61,507 bases of DNA, filler included, from 4 parts of 4 records of this genome joined end to end with filler, not necessarily neighbours in it, one strand, 5' to 3'. Shown: positions 18,695-27,504, numbered from the whole stretch's first letter. A program made the numbers and translations. The notes: a model not told the origin generated them from the letters alone.

Positions 18695-19810
18695 CTAGGC
18701 AAACATTTGCTGCAACAACCCCTTTTTAAACTGTTGCGTTTGTTCTATTTGGCTTTCTACCACAGCTATTTTTATATCGATGGCACTTAAAAAATGGGCG
18801 ATTTGGGTTTGTTCAGGTCTTATCGGTATATGCTTTTTAACAGCATGGACATCATTTCTATTTAATGTCGGTACAGTTGAGCCCGCGTTAAATCTTTCTA
18901 GTTTAAAAAAATGATATAAATAATAGATGAATTTAGGATAATTCCCTTTGAAATCTGTGACCCATAAAGAAGTATTATGTGGCCAAAATTTTTCGTTGAT
19001 ATAAGTAACCTGACCGATGGTTCCTGATCTTCCAGTAATAACCCCAGGAGCATTTACTTTGAATTCTTTGTGCTTTCTTAGGATACCATTTGAATAAACT
19101 ACTGGATAATCACCTTCAATAATCTTTGATGTTGGTAAATCGAACCCCCTTTGTAATGGTGCAACATCTCTCATTTTTTGCTCCTTCCAATCAGGATAGG
19201 CACTCCCATCTTCTCGTGTAAACCGCAATTCCTGAGAGAATATTCGTTGCATCACCCCCTTTTTGTAGGCTTCCAACAACCTTTGCTTTTGTTGTAATTG
19301 GGTTATTTTTTTATCAACCGCTGACAGGAAAGAGGCTATTTTTTGTTGTTCGGAGAAGGACGGGTAAAAGCATTTGATTTTACTGCAAACCTCCTGATTA
19401 AGTTTGGGTTGTGCAGTTCCAGTATTATACTTTTGATAATTTACGTTTTCAAGTGTGAGAGCCAAAAAATCAACATCATAATGCTTCTTAGGTTTTATTA
19501 CATGAGCATGGTTATTCACCCAACATTTTCCTGAAACCCTAAAAGCTAGAGGCAAATTTCTTGATAATATGTTTTCACCATCTTCTCCCAAAAGAACAAT
19601 TTCATCATCAAAAATAAAATCATTAACATAGTCTATGACCCCGGACGCACCATAATATGGATATTGACCCTGCATTTTAGCTCTGTCTGAACTTTTTATT
19701 GGCTTTCTTTTTCCATCATAAAATTTAGATACATCTTCCAACTTTTTCTCTTCCCACTCCCCAGAAAACTCACCAAACCGTAATTTCGGCACCCGTTTTT
19801 GTTCTTCCAT
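18695..19810 (-). CDS. hsdS: Type I RM specificity subunit
   Basis: VPKLRF start, two target-recognition domains, repeated EQxxIAxFLSAxD...KKGxxQxxF helices. Confidence 0.96.
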   Translation of the reverse strand: MEEQKRVPKLRFGEFSGEWEEKKLEDVSKFYDGKRKPIKSSDRAKMQGQYPYYGASGVIDYVNDFIFDDEIVLLGEDGENILSRNLPLAFRVSGKCWVNNHAHVIKPKKHYDVDFLALTLENVNYQKYNTGTAQPKLNQEVCSKIKCFYPSFSEQQKIASFLSAVDKKITQLQQKQRLLEAYKKGVMQRIFSQELRFTREDGSAYPDWKEQKMRDVAPLQRGFDLPTSKIIEGDYPVVYSNGILRKHKEFKVNAPGVITGRSGTIGQVTYINEKFWPHNTSLWVTDFKGNYPKFIYYLYHFFKLERFNAGSTVPTLNRNDVHAVKKHIPIRPEQTQIAHFLSAIDIKIAVVESQIEQTQQFKKGLLQQMFA

Positions 19811-19811
19811 C

Positions 19812-21374
19812 TTAAAACGGTGTTTTTATGTTAAGTTGGTTACAGAATTCTGCAATAATGGCATCGGTTCCGGCAATGTCCTTTTCCAAAGTTTGCAGCT
19901 CATGGGCCACGGCATCCAAATCTATGGGGTTCTCTTCCTCAAAGGTGTCCACATAGCGAGGGATGTTCAGGTTGTAATCGTTTTCGGCCAACTCGACCAA
20001 ACTCGCTACGTAACTAAATTTGTCTTTGGCACTTCGGGTGCGGTAGGTGTCTATAATGGCTTCAATATGCTCCTCGGTCAGCCTGTTCTTATTGCCTTCT
20101 TTCTCAAAACCTTGCGAGGCATCAATAAACAAAATGTCATCGTTGTGTACTCTGCATTTGCTCAACACCAAAATACAGGTGGGGATGCTTGTGCCGTAAA
20201 ATATATTGGCGGGCAGGCCTATCACGGCATCCAAATAATTCAGTTCCTTTATCAGGTATTCCCTGATCGTCCCTTCGGCACTGCCCCTGAACAAAACGCC
20301 ATGCGGCAACACGCAGGCCATGGTACCGTTTTCCGCCAATTGGTACAGCATGTGCTGCACAAAGGCAAAATCGGCCTTACTGGTGGGTGCCAAACGCCCG
20401 TATTGGCTAAAGCGTTCGTCGTTTTCGTTCAAGGGGTTGTTCTTTCCCTTCCATTTGGCGGAAAATGGCGGGTTGGCCACAATGGTCTCAAAGCGCATGT
20501 CCAAATGCTGGGGTTGTTCCAGCGTGTCCTCCTGCCTAATATCAAAATGCCTAAAATGGACATCGTGCAAGATCATGTTCATCCGTGCCAAATTGTAGGT
20601 GGTCCGGTTGAGTTCCTGTCCGAAAAAATCATCCACGGGCACTTCCCTGCTCACACGCAACAGCAAGGAGCCGGAGCCACAAGTGGGGTCGTACACGCTT
20701 TTAAGGCGTTTCTTGTCCGTCGTCACTATTTTTGCCAATATTTTAGAGACCTGCTGCGGGGTATAAAACTCCCCAGCCTTTTTCCCGGCTCCACTGGCAA
20801 ACTGGGAAATTAGGTACTCGTAGGCATCGCCCAAAACATCCGCTTCGGCATCTTCCAAGGCAAAGTCTATTTTGTCCAAATGAAACAGCACTTTGGAGAT
20901 AAGGCTGTTTCGGGCTTCGGTGCTTCTTCCCAGTTTGGTGCTGTTGAGGTCCAGATCTTCAAAAAGTTTGTTGAAATCGTCCTCGCTTTCCGTGCCCATG
21001 GTACTTTGCTCAATGCTATTGAGAATGCTTTCCAGATCGGCAAGGATAAAGTTGCTCTCGTTTTCGGTATTGGCATTCCCTTTTTTGGCGATGGAGCTAA
21101 AGAGTTCATCAGGTTTAAGGTAATACCCCAACTTTAATAAGGATTCCTCTTTAATGGCTTCCAAATCGCCAGCATTGGTAACCAAAAGATAATCCTTGAC
21201 TTGCTCAGTTTCCAATAACGTATTGGCGTACAGGTATTGTTTCTCGGAAAGGTATTTGTAGAAAATAAAGCCTAGAATATAATCTCTAAACTCGTCGGCA
21301 TCCATTTTGCCTCTCAACTCATTGGCAATGTTCCATAATTGCGTTTCCAGCAGTTTCTTTTGATCTTCGGACAT
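19812..21374 (-). CDS. hsdM: Type I RM N6-adenine methyltransferase subunit
   Basis: GEFYTP, YDPTCGSG, NPPF, LPHGVLFRG and YNLNIPRYV. Confidence 0.97.
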   Translation of the reverse strand: MSEDQKKLLETQLWNIANELRGKMDADEFRDYILGFIFYKYLSEKQYLYANTLLETEQVKDYLLVTNAGDLEAIKEESLLKLGYYLKPDELFSSIAKKGNANTENESNFILADLESILNSIEQSTMGTESEDDFNKLFEDLDLNSTKLGRSTEARNSLISKVLFHLDKIDFALEDAEADVLGDAYEYLISQFASGAGKKAGEFYTPQQVSKILAKIVTTDKKRLKSVYDPTCGSGSLLLRVSREVPVDDFFGQELNRTTYNLARMNMILHDVHFRHFDIRQEDTLEQPQHLDMRFETIVANPPFSAKWKGKNNPLNENDERFSQYGRLAPTSKADFAFVQHMLYQLAENGTMACVLPHGVLFRGSAEGTIREYLIKELNYLDAVIGLPANIFYGTSIPTCILVLSKCRVHNDDILFIDASQGFEKEGNKNRLTEEHIEAIIDTYRTRSAKDKFSYVASLVELAENDYNLNIPRYVDTFEEENPIDLDAVAHELQTLEKDIAGTDAIIAEFCNQLNIKTPF

Positions 21375-21533
21375 GAAGTGTATTTAATTTTGGGTAAGGG
21401 AAATCGTATTGTTCCCAAATATATGGAAACATTCGGGTTTAAGGGTAGCTTACAGATGGGCACCGTGGTGAAAGGGTGCGCTCCGTCATTTAATGGCGAA
21501 GCCATTCACTCCACTGGCCTCAGTTGTTTTTTG

Positions 21534-21631
21534 AGTCTGCTGCTGGAATCGAACCAACAATCTCACCTTCACAAACCAACTTATTCGTTTGGCTTGTGGA
21601 GGGGACGCTTTAACCATTAAGCTAGCAGACT
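21534..21631 (-). ncRNA. tRNA-like RNA with an extended anticodon arm and no canonical anticodon loop
   Basis: Minus strand: AGTCTGC-TA-GCTT-AATGGTTA-AAGC-G-[17-position stem, 9-nt loop]-GATT-GTTGG-TTCGATT-CCAGC-A-GCAGACT. Confidence 0.8.
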
Positions 21632-22453
21632 TGTTAATTTCATAATTATTTCAGTTTCATCACTAGTATTAAATCGACCAAACTTAGTATTGAGATAATT
21701 TTTCATAGCGTTTTCATAGCGTTTTTTGTCATTCTTGAGTTTTTTTAACCCTTTAAAAGTTTTTCCATCATCTTCCTTTGATTTGTTCAGCAAAATCTGA
21801 GCAATTATCTTGTTGTCAGGCTTATTTGATGTAGACAAAAGAAAAGCTATATGTTTGACAATGTTTGTTAATATCAAGAAGTCCGAGAAATTAATATTGT
21901 CAATTTTATTAGGCAAAATAGATAAGTGTAATTCTGATAAAAAGATATTTTGGTTAGAGAGGACCTTTTCATATCGAACTTTCAATTCCTTTTTATCTCG
22001 GTCCGTATGCGCCATATAATTTCTTACAATTCTATAATATTCGTAAGCATGAATCAAATCGCTTGGAAGGGTTATGCCAGTATTCAATAAGGTACTATGC
22101 AATTTTGTTTGTCCATTTATTGGCTCTATCCATTCTTTTTCGGGAAAGTACTCTTTCCATTCATTTTTGAAATCTTTTAGAAACTGCTCCGATTGCTGGA
22201 AAACAGATGCAACGTAGTATTGTCTTATTCTTGAGCTGAATTTGAAGAAATCAACTTCGTCTACTTTTACCTTATGTTTTGTTGATAGCTGTTGAATATA
22301 TTTTCTTGAATCTTGTTTATTTGCATGTTCGATAAATTCTTTAATAGCGATTTCATTACACTCCACGACTGCATCAAACTCACCGAGTATCTTTTTTAAC
22401 TTTCGGTAAGAATAATATGAAAATTTAGTAATATCTAAGTCCCTATCTGGCAT
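21617..22453 (-). CDS. Putative HEPN-domain protein
   Basis: All-helical 278 aa with Rx4H motif YYRIVRNYMAH and an upstream FQQSEQFL helix. Confidence 0.65.
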   Translation of the reverse strand: MPDRDLDITKFSYYSYRKLKKILGEFDAVVECNEIAIKEFIEHANKQDSRKYIQQLSTKHKVKVDEVDFFKFSSRIRQYYVASVFQQSEQFLKDFKNEWKEYFPEKEWIEPINGQTKLHSTLLNTGITLPSDLIHAYEYYRIVRNYMAHTDRDKKELKVRYEKVLSNQNIFLSELHLSILPNKIDNINFSDFLILTNIVKHIAFLLSTSNKPDNKIIAQILLNKSKEDDGKTFKGLKKLKNDKKRYENAMKNYLNTKFGRFNTSDETEIIMKLTSLLA

Positions 22454-23519
22454 TGGTTATTTTTGATTCTAGTAATTTTATCTTGTTTTCAAGATTTCTT
22501 ATTTCCTGCACATCCAATTTAAGTTTCTTCATATCTTCTCGTATTCCATTTTCTCCATCTTCATTTACTTCAGCGTCATCTTCTGGTTGGACAAAGTCCA
22601 CAGCACCACCTTTTTGAGTAAAATCAATCAGCTTAGTAATTGATTTTTTTAGTGCTGCAACTTTATCTCCTTCTTGTTCTGCGTTAAGTCCAATTTTTTC
22701 TATAGCCGTCTCAAGAATGTTTTGGATACCACTCTCTTTTTCTTTGTCAGCTTCTTTTTTAATTTCTTGTTCAATTTTTTTATTACTTAGTTTCATAGTT
22801 TTTAACTCTTCAGCCTTTTTAAGAATTTCGAGCACTCTTTCAGCTACTTTCAATCCCGCAAGCAGAATAGTTGATACAGAAGTTGCCACACCTGCAAATA
22901 CAGCCATTTCTATTATCACAGAACCTTTTTGCGCACCAATAATGTTAAAGTCTTCAGGGCTTCTGTTTTGAGCCATTGCGATTCCACGGCCAATGTCATA
23001 CCAAGCTGCCCCCAATTTCTTAAAGTCATTTATATTGTTCATTGCTGAACCATCTTGAAAGTACACTCGCATTAAAACGGAATCTTCTGGTAATTCTTCA
23101 TCGTCTTTCAATGAGAATGACTTACTGAGCGTGGTTTCTATTTCGCTAAGTGTGGTTTGGGCATTCGCAATTTTACTTGAAAACTCACCTATTTTTTGCG
23201 CAGCAGTTGCTATGTCTAAATTATTCTCATAAAGAACATTTTCAATATTCGATATACCTGCTTGTCCTAATATTACTATGATTTCAAGTTGTTCTAAAAA
23301 GCTAATTTGTTCAAGGGTCAGTGAATTGAGGTTTATGGTACCTAATGCATTCAGCAAGTTTTCTTTGTCTTGCTCAAAAGGTTGTTTCGGTTGATTGTTG
23401 TTGGATTTTGCATTTTGATTCATCTTATTATGCAAATTCTTGTAATAGTTTGGAATCTTTTCGTCTACAATATTTTCCTGAAACCAATGAGTAAGTCTTA
23501 ATAGTTCTTGTATTTGCAT
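22443..23519 (-). CDS. Hypothetical helical protein with a central hydrophobic segment
   Basis: 358-aa ORF overlapping the downstream HEPN-like gene by 11 nt. Confidence 0.75.
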   Translation of the reverse strand: MQIQELLRLTHWFQENIVDEKIPNYYKNLHNKMNQNAKSNNNQPKQPFEQDKENLLNALGTINLNSLTLEQISFLEQLEIIVILGQAGISNIENVLYENNLDIATAAQKIGEFSSKIANAQTTLSEIETTLSKSFSLKDDEELPEDSVLMRVYFQDGSAMNNINDFKKLGAAWYDIGRGIAMAQNRSPEDFNIIGAQKGSVIIEMAVFAGVATSVSTILLAGLKVAERVLEILKKAEELKTMKLSNKKIEQEIKKEADKEKESGIQNILETAIEKIGLNAEQEGDKVAALKKSITKLIDFTQKGGAVDFVQPEDDAEVNEDGENGIREDMKKLKLDVQEIRNLENKIKLLESKITNAR

Positions 23520-23749
23520 TGTTTTTATTTAATTGAACATAACTTGTTTATAGGCAAAACCTTTATGAACATACATTTCCAAAATTGTTGGCTATACCCA
23601 GGTTTCGCCACATACAAAGCACAGCTTTCTTATCGTTCAACAAAGTTTTGGGGGAGATAACCCTAAATGTAAGAATTTTCTAGAAATCCTATGATTTTTC
23701 AATATTTCTGCAAAGTTTCAACTTTCAACAGGCCAGTTTATGTCTGACA

Positions 23750-24499
23750 TTAGAAATTTGTGTGCCCCCCTGGTGGTGGAGGTGCTGTCAACCTGTGTTC
23801 TACATTGTTAATCACTTCAATTGTATGGTCAATATATCTTCGGGGACTACCCGAAACGTTGTTTTGAAAATTTTTGATTTTACTCCTTAATTTGTCAAAA
23901 TCCGTCAAGGGCTGGTCAGTTTCTATAAACCAAAGAAGGTTAAAATGTGATATTGTTCCACATTTCAAAGGTGTTTTGTATTCATCTAAAATTAAACCAC
24001 TTAAACTCTGCTCTAAATGGTCTTTATAAAATTTTTCAATTGAATTATGAGCAACAATGCCAAAATAATTCACCTCTTCTTCTAGCAAATATGCATCAAT
24101 TATGGGCTGACCAAAATAAATTTGACTTGACTTGTTTAAACTAACTTCTCCATAGGCCAAGGCTCCTTTTAGTGGAATAGATTTGTCAATAGCTCCAGAA
24201 AACAACCTTTTTACACCAAATGTGAATAAATCAAAATCTTCAACTGTATTACTTTTAGAAAACACAACTATTGAGTCCGAAAAACTTACGGTATATAGTT
24301 CAGCATTCGCGTATCTACCATCACTTCTATCCTTCCAGTTATCTATTAAACTTCTTAATTTTGATATTTCCGATAGCAAGTCATATATATGAGAATGGCT
24401 ATTTCTCATAACTAAATCCCTAAATCCCAATACGTCAATAAAGGCAACAAATCTTTTATCGGTAGGTAACCAGTTTGTGGTTTTTCCTTTTTCCTTCAT
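23750..24499 (-). CDS. Stand-alone class III nucleotide cyclase-like protein
   Basis: FVAFIDVLGF, FSDSIV, LKGALAYGEV and FGQPIIDAYLLEE follow the cyclase palm motif order. Confidence 0.65.
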   Translation of the reverse strand: MKEKGKTTNWLPTDKRFVAFIDVLGFRDLVMRNSHSHIYDLLSEISKLRSLIDNWKDRSDGRYANAELYTVSFSDSIVVFSKSNTVEDFDLFTFGVKRLFSGAIDKSIPLKGALAYGEVSLNKSSQIYFGQPIIDAYLLEEEVNYFGIVAHNSIEKFYKDHLEQSLSGLILDEYKTPLKCGTISHFNLLWFIETDQPLTDFDKLRSKIKNFQNNVSGSPRRYIDHTIEVINNVEHRLTAPPPPGGHTNF

Positions 24500-24707
24500 T
24501 TTATTAGTTACTAATCATTTAATTAAATACTGAACCTATACTGTATACTTATAATTTCTCTCGCTGAGGCTCAGTTTTATTGTTTTCCAAGTAATATTAA
24601 GTCAGATTAGAATCTTTTGGGGGAGTAAATAACTTAAATGTCAGTATTATGTAAAAGAATTCTTTAAATAAGAGCATTTACGGTAATAAGAAATTTGGCG
24701 ATGCATT

Positions 24708-25049
24708 TTATACTTCAGAAGATTTTCTATTTTTGAAATCTTCTACATCACTTTTTTCTAGTGAGTCATAAATTTTTGAAAAATCACTCCATTTAAATCC
24801 CATTGCTTCAATAATAAGAATCAGAGTTGTTGACTTAGGATTTGACTTGGCATTTAAAATTTTAGTGACAGTGGCCTTCCTGATATATGCATTTAGGGCA
24901 ATTGTATTATGGCTATCACCTATGGAATCATCTTTTCCCTTGGTTTGAGTATTCCATTTGCTCTTATCCAAAAGGATTCTTAAGCTAATAGCTATTTTGA
25001 TTTTGATATTTTCTTCTTGGAGGGTTTTCACACATGCAATTAACTTCAA
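24708..25049 (-). CDS. XRE/Cro-C1-type HTH regulator
   Basis: IALNAYIRKATVTKILNAKSNPKSTTLILIIEAM; start codon uncertain. Confidence 0.75.
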   Translation of the reverse strand: MKLIACVKTLQEENIKIKIAISLRILLDKSKWNTQTKGKDDSIGDSHNTIALNAYIRKATVTKILNAKSNPKSTTLILIIEAMGFKWSDFSKIYDSLEKSDVEDFKNRKSSEV

Positions 25050-25057
25050 GACAAATT

Positions 25058-25102
25058 ATTAATCGGTACGCTTGAACGTACCGATTAATTGTATTATATT
25101 TG
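25058..25102. promoter_or_regulatory. 13-bp inverted-repeat operator next to a Bacteroidetes -7 box
   Basis: ATTAATCGGTACG-N6-CGTACCGATTAAT (25058-25089); TATATTTG at 25095-25102 fits TAnnTTTG. Confidence 0.7.
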
Positions 25103-25185
25103 AGTCGATCTCTTAATTATAGGAGACCGTTTTTTACATTTGCGATTCTTCGTTTAGAACATATTTGAAGCTTTCGCTTGGAGTC

Positions 25186-25291
25186 TCAATCTGAAAACTG
25201 GTAATTTTTGCAACGAGACAATAAGCAGATGGCTCACGACCCGGGCGTGGGCTCGCTTATCGTTGCACGGTATACCAGTACCTCAGATTGA
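25186..25291 (+). ncRNA. Candidate structured leader or ncRNA: long interrupted hairpin
   Basis: Five nested helices: TCAATCTGA/TCAGATTGA, ACTGGTA/TACCAGT, TGCAACG/CGTTGCA, ATAAGC/GCTTAT, GGCTCACG/CGTGGGCT; T run at about 25310-25317. Confidence 0.6.
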
Positions 25292-25787
25292 TGAGTTGAG
25301 TTCCGCGCCTTTTTTTTGGTATTTGGTTCATTGCAACTTTCTTCTTAGCGTTTGGTTTCTTTGGTCCTTTCGGGGCATCGCCCAACCAATTGGGTTATGG
25401 GAAACATTTGGCAATTTTTTCATGTAGGGTTCACACCGTGTTGTTGTCCTGTTTTTGGGGGAGCGCACTCGGTATTCGATATCCTGTTTAAAAAGAAGCC
25501 AAAGAATCCTGTATAACCTTTTTTGGTTTTTGATTGTGGGAACACGTTAAACTATTCCGGTTCACGATATCATTTAGTCCCACAATTCACGTACACTTTG
25601 AGGGCAACCGGCCCAATCACGAAACCATGGTCTTTTTTGGTTTAGGAATCCTATTTCTGGGTATGCATTTACCTGGACAGGATGGCCTATGTCCGAACCT
25701 TGATGTCCTTTAGGAAGTTACGGCTTTTCCGTGACTTATGGGGCAGTGTGGAGAATAACTAACGCTTTAATTAAAAGAACTCAATTT

Positions 25788-25977
25788 ATGCAACTCATAA
25801 CAATACGCATGCGCAGGGCACCCCTGCTTATGCTCCTATATGTCTTTTTAATGCCCTTATGTACCTTTTATGTGCAGGCGGGTACGTTCTTGGAACCACC
25901 ACAGGCGACCGTTTCCGGTACCGTGACCGATAGCTCGGGAGAGCCCTTGGCCGGGGTGAACCTTGTGGTGGAATCCA
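25788..25977 (+). CDS. N-terminus of a SusC/RagA-type TonB-linked outer membrane protein (cut by contig end)
   Basis: Signal peptide then TVSGTVTDSSGEPLAGVNLVV carboxypeptidase-regulatory-like domain; start uncertain. Confidence 0.75.
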
Positions 25978-26077
25978 NNNNNNNNNNNNNNNNNNNNNNN
26001 NNNNNNNNNNNNNNNNNNNNNTTAATTAATTAANNNNNNNNNNNNNNNNNNNNNNNNNNNNNNNNNNNNNNNNNNNN
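25978..26077. other. Artificial contig spacer
   Basis: N-run, TTAATTAATTAA (stops in all frames), N-run; GC and gene content change abruptly. Confidence 0.98.
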
Positions 26078-26081
26078 GGAA

Positions 26082-26107
26082 CCGGAGGGCTCGCGCCCTT
26101 CCGCTAC
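26082..26107 (-). repeat. GTAG-type REP half-site
   Basis: Reverse complement GTAGCGGAAGGGCGCGAGCCCTCCGG shares the GTAGCGGAA head with 33852-33919. Confidence 0.6.
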
Positions 26108-26142
26108 TTTTTAAAATCCCGAAATTGTTTCCGAATAGCTCC

Positions 26143-27504
26143 TCAGCGAGCGATATCGAACGCGAAGATCAGGTTTTGGTCACGAATGAACAAAGTCTGA
26201 TCAGCCACCACGGGGTGAGCCCAGATCGCACCGCTTCCGCGGGGCAAATCGGTTTCGCGAGGAATGGTCAGTTGCCCAAGTGGAGACCATCGATCCTTGT
26301 TGGGTTCCAGCAGAACCACGGTGCCATCTTTGTCGTTGTAGCAATACAAACAACCATCGGCGAAGCAGATCGAACCACTCGTGTTCGGACGCAACTTCTC
26401 TTGCCAAAGCGTATCGCCGCTCTTGATGTCTTGAGCCATCCAAACACCACCGCTGGCTTTGGTCAGTCCGTAGATGGTTCCATCCACAGCCACCACGCCG
26501 CCGTGGTGATTCATCATGGATTTCCCATCCAAGTGGTAAACCTGCTCGGCGTTGATTCCATTGCCAGCGGATGTCAATTTCAACAGAACATTGCCGGCAC
26601 CGTAGTCACTGGTGTGGTAGATGTGGTCGTCGAGAATCAGCGGCGTTGGAATCGTTGCAACTTTGTTTCCTGATAGTTCATTTCCGAACAGCTTCTCGCC
26701 TGATTGGCAATCAAACGCTACCACGCCGATGCTGCCCGCGGTGACGTAGTAGTCGACATCGCCGATGGAACCCTTCATGGCCGAAACATAATGTGCGACT
26801 GAGTCGACACCTTTGGACTGCCAAAGCAATTTGCCGGTTTGACGATCCAAGGCAATCATGAAGTTGCTGCGTCCCGGGGTGACGACCACACGATCACCGT
26901 CGATCAACACAGACTCGCTGTATCCCCACTTGGGAATCTCACCACCGTAATCAGCGACCAAGTCCACCGACCATAGCTTGGCACCGTCTTCGCGTCGCAA
27001 TGCCGAGACGACACCCACATCGGACATGACAAAGACCTGATCACCATCGACGGTTGGGGTGCTGCGTGGTCCGCCGCCCCAACCGGTGTTGTAGTCGTCA
27101 CCGGTGCCGGCTCGTGATATCGGAACTTGCCAGATCGATTGTCCGGATTTTGCATCGATGCAAATCGCATAGCAATTCTGTTCGTCTGATCCCATCGAGA
27201 ACAGCTTGCCGTCGACGATGGTCGTGCTGCTGTACCCACGTCCGGCAGTGGAAAATGTCCACTTCAGTTCAGGACCACCTTCCGGCCATATTTGCAACAG
27301 ACTTTGATCGGCCGCTTTCCCGTCTCGGGCCGGACCTCGCCATTGAGGCCAATCGGCATCGCCGGCCAGCAAACTCGTTCCCAGCGTGCTCGTTGCCAAT
27401 GTGATTGTGCCGAGCATCAAAGAAGTTGCGGCAAATCGATTCAGCTTTGCCAAGATCGGCCGAACAGATTCGAATGAGGGCAGGATACGAAGTCGACGAA
27501 GCAT
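26143..27504 (-). CDS. PQQ-binding-like beta-propeller repeat protein (planctomycete type)
   Basis: DWPQWRGPARDG, GYSS, GPRSTP and WAHPVV motifs; ATG at 27504 preferred. Confidence 0.9.
   Translation of the reverse strand: MLRRLRILPSFESVRPILAKLNRFAATSLMLGTITLATSTLGTSLLAGDADWPQWRGPARDGKAADQSLLQIWPEGGPELKWTFSTAGRGYSSTTIVDGKLFSMGSDEQNCYAICIDAKSGQSIWQVPISRAGTGDDYNTGWGGGPRSTPTVDGDQVFVMSDVGVVSALRREDGAKLWSVDLVADYGGEIPKWGYSESVLIDGDRVVVTPGRSNFMIALDRQTGKLLWQSKGVDSVAHYVSAMKGSIGDVDYYVTAGSIGVVAFDCQSGEKLFGNELSGNKVATIPTPLILDDHIYHTSDYGAGNVLLKLTSAGNGINAEQVYHLDGKSMMNHHGGVVAVDGTIYGLTKASGGVWMAQDIKSGDTLWQEKLRPNTSGSICFADGCLYCYNDKDGTVVLLEPNKDRWSPLGQLTIPRETDLPRGSGAIWAHPVVADQTLFIRDQNLIFAFDIAR

Larger units (their letters stand above)
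1..25977. mobile_element. tRNA-integrated genomic island / ICE-like element of a Flavobacteriaceae-like host (only one end visible)
   Basis: tRNA 3' end next to a tyrosine integrase, then bacteriocin, RM and defence cargo, and XRE and SusC-like genes; patchy GC. Confidence 0.7.

Noticed and set aside
19836-20813. 325-aa plus-strand ORF
   Set aside because: Antisense shadow of hsdM with no motifs.
21534-21631. Ordinary or intron-containing tRNA-Val(CAC), or tRNA-Sec
   Set aside because: Position 33 would be C, the stem has a mismatch, the insert is far too short for a self-splicing intron, and the extension is in the anticodon arm rather than the variable arm.
21617-23519. PrrC or RloC anticodon nuclease
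   Set aside because: No Walker A or ABC-ATPase motifs in either protein.
23750-24499. Pycsar or CBASS system
   Set aside because: No adjacent TIR or TM cyclic-nucleotide effector, no CD-NTase motifs, and the cyclase helix residues are non-canonical.
26022-26033. TTAATTAATTAA as a biological repeat
   Set aside because: Always embedded in N-runs of fixed length; a linker with stops in all frames.
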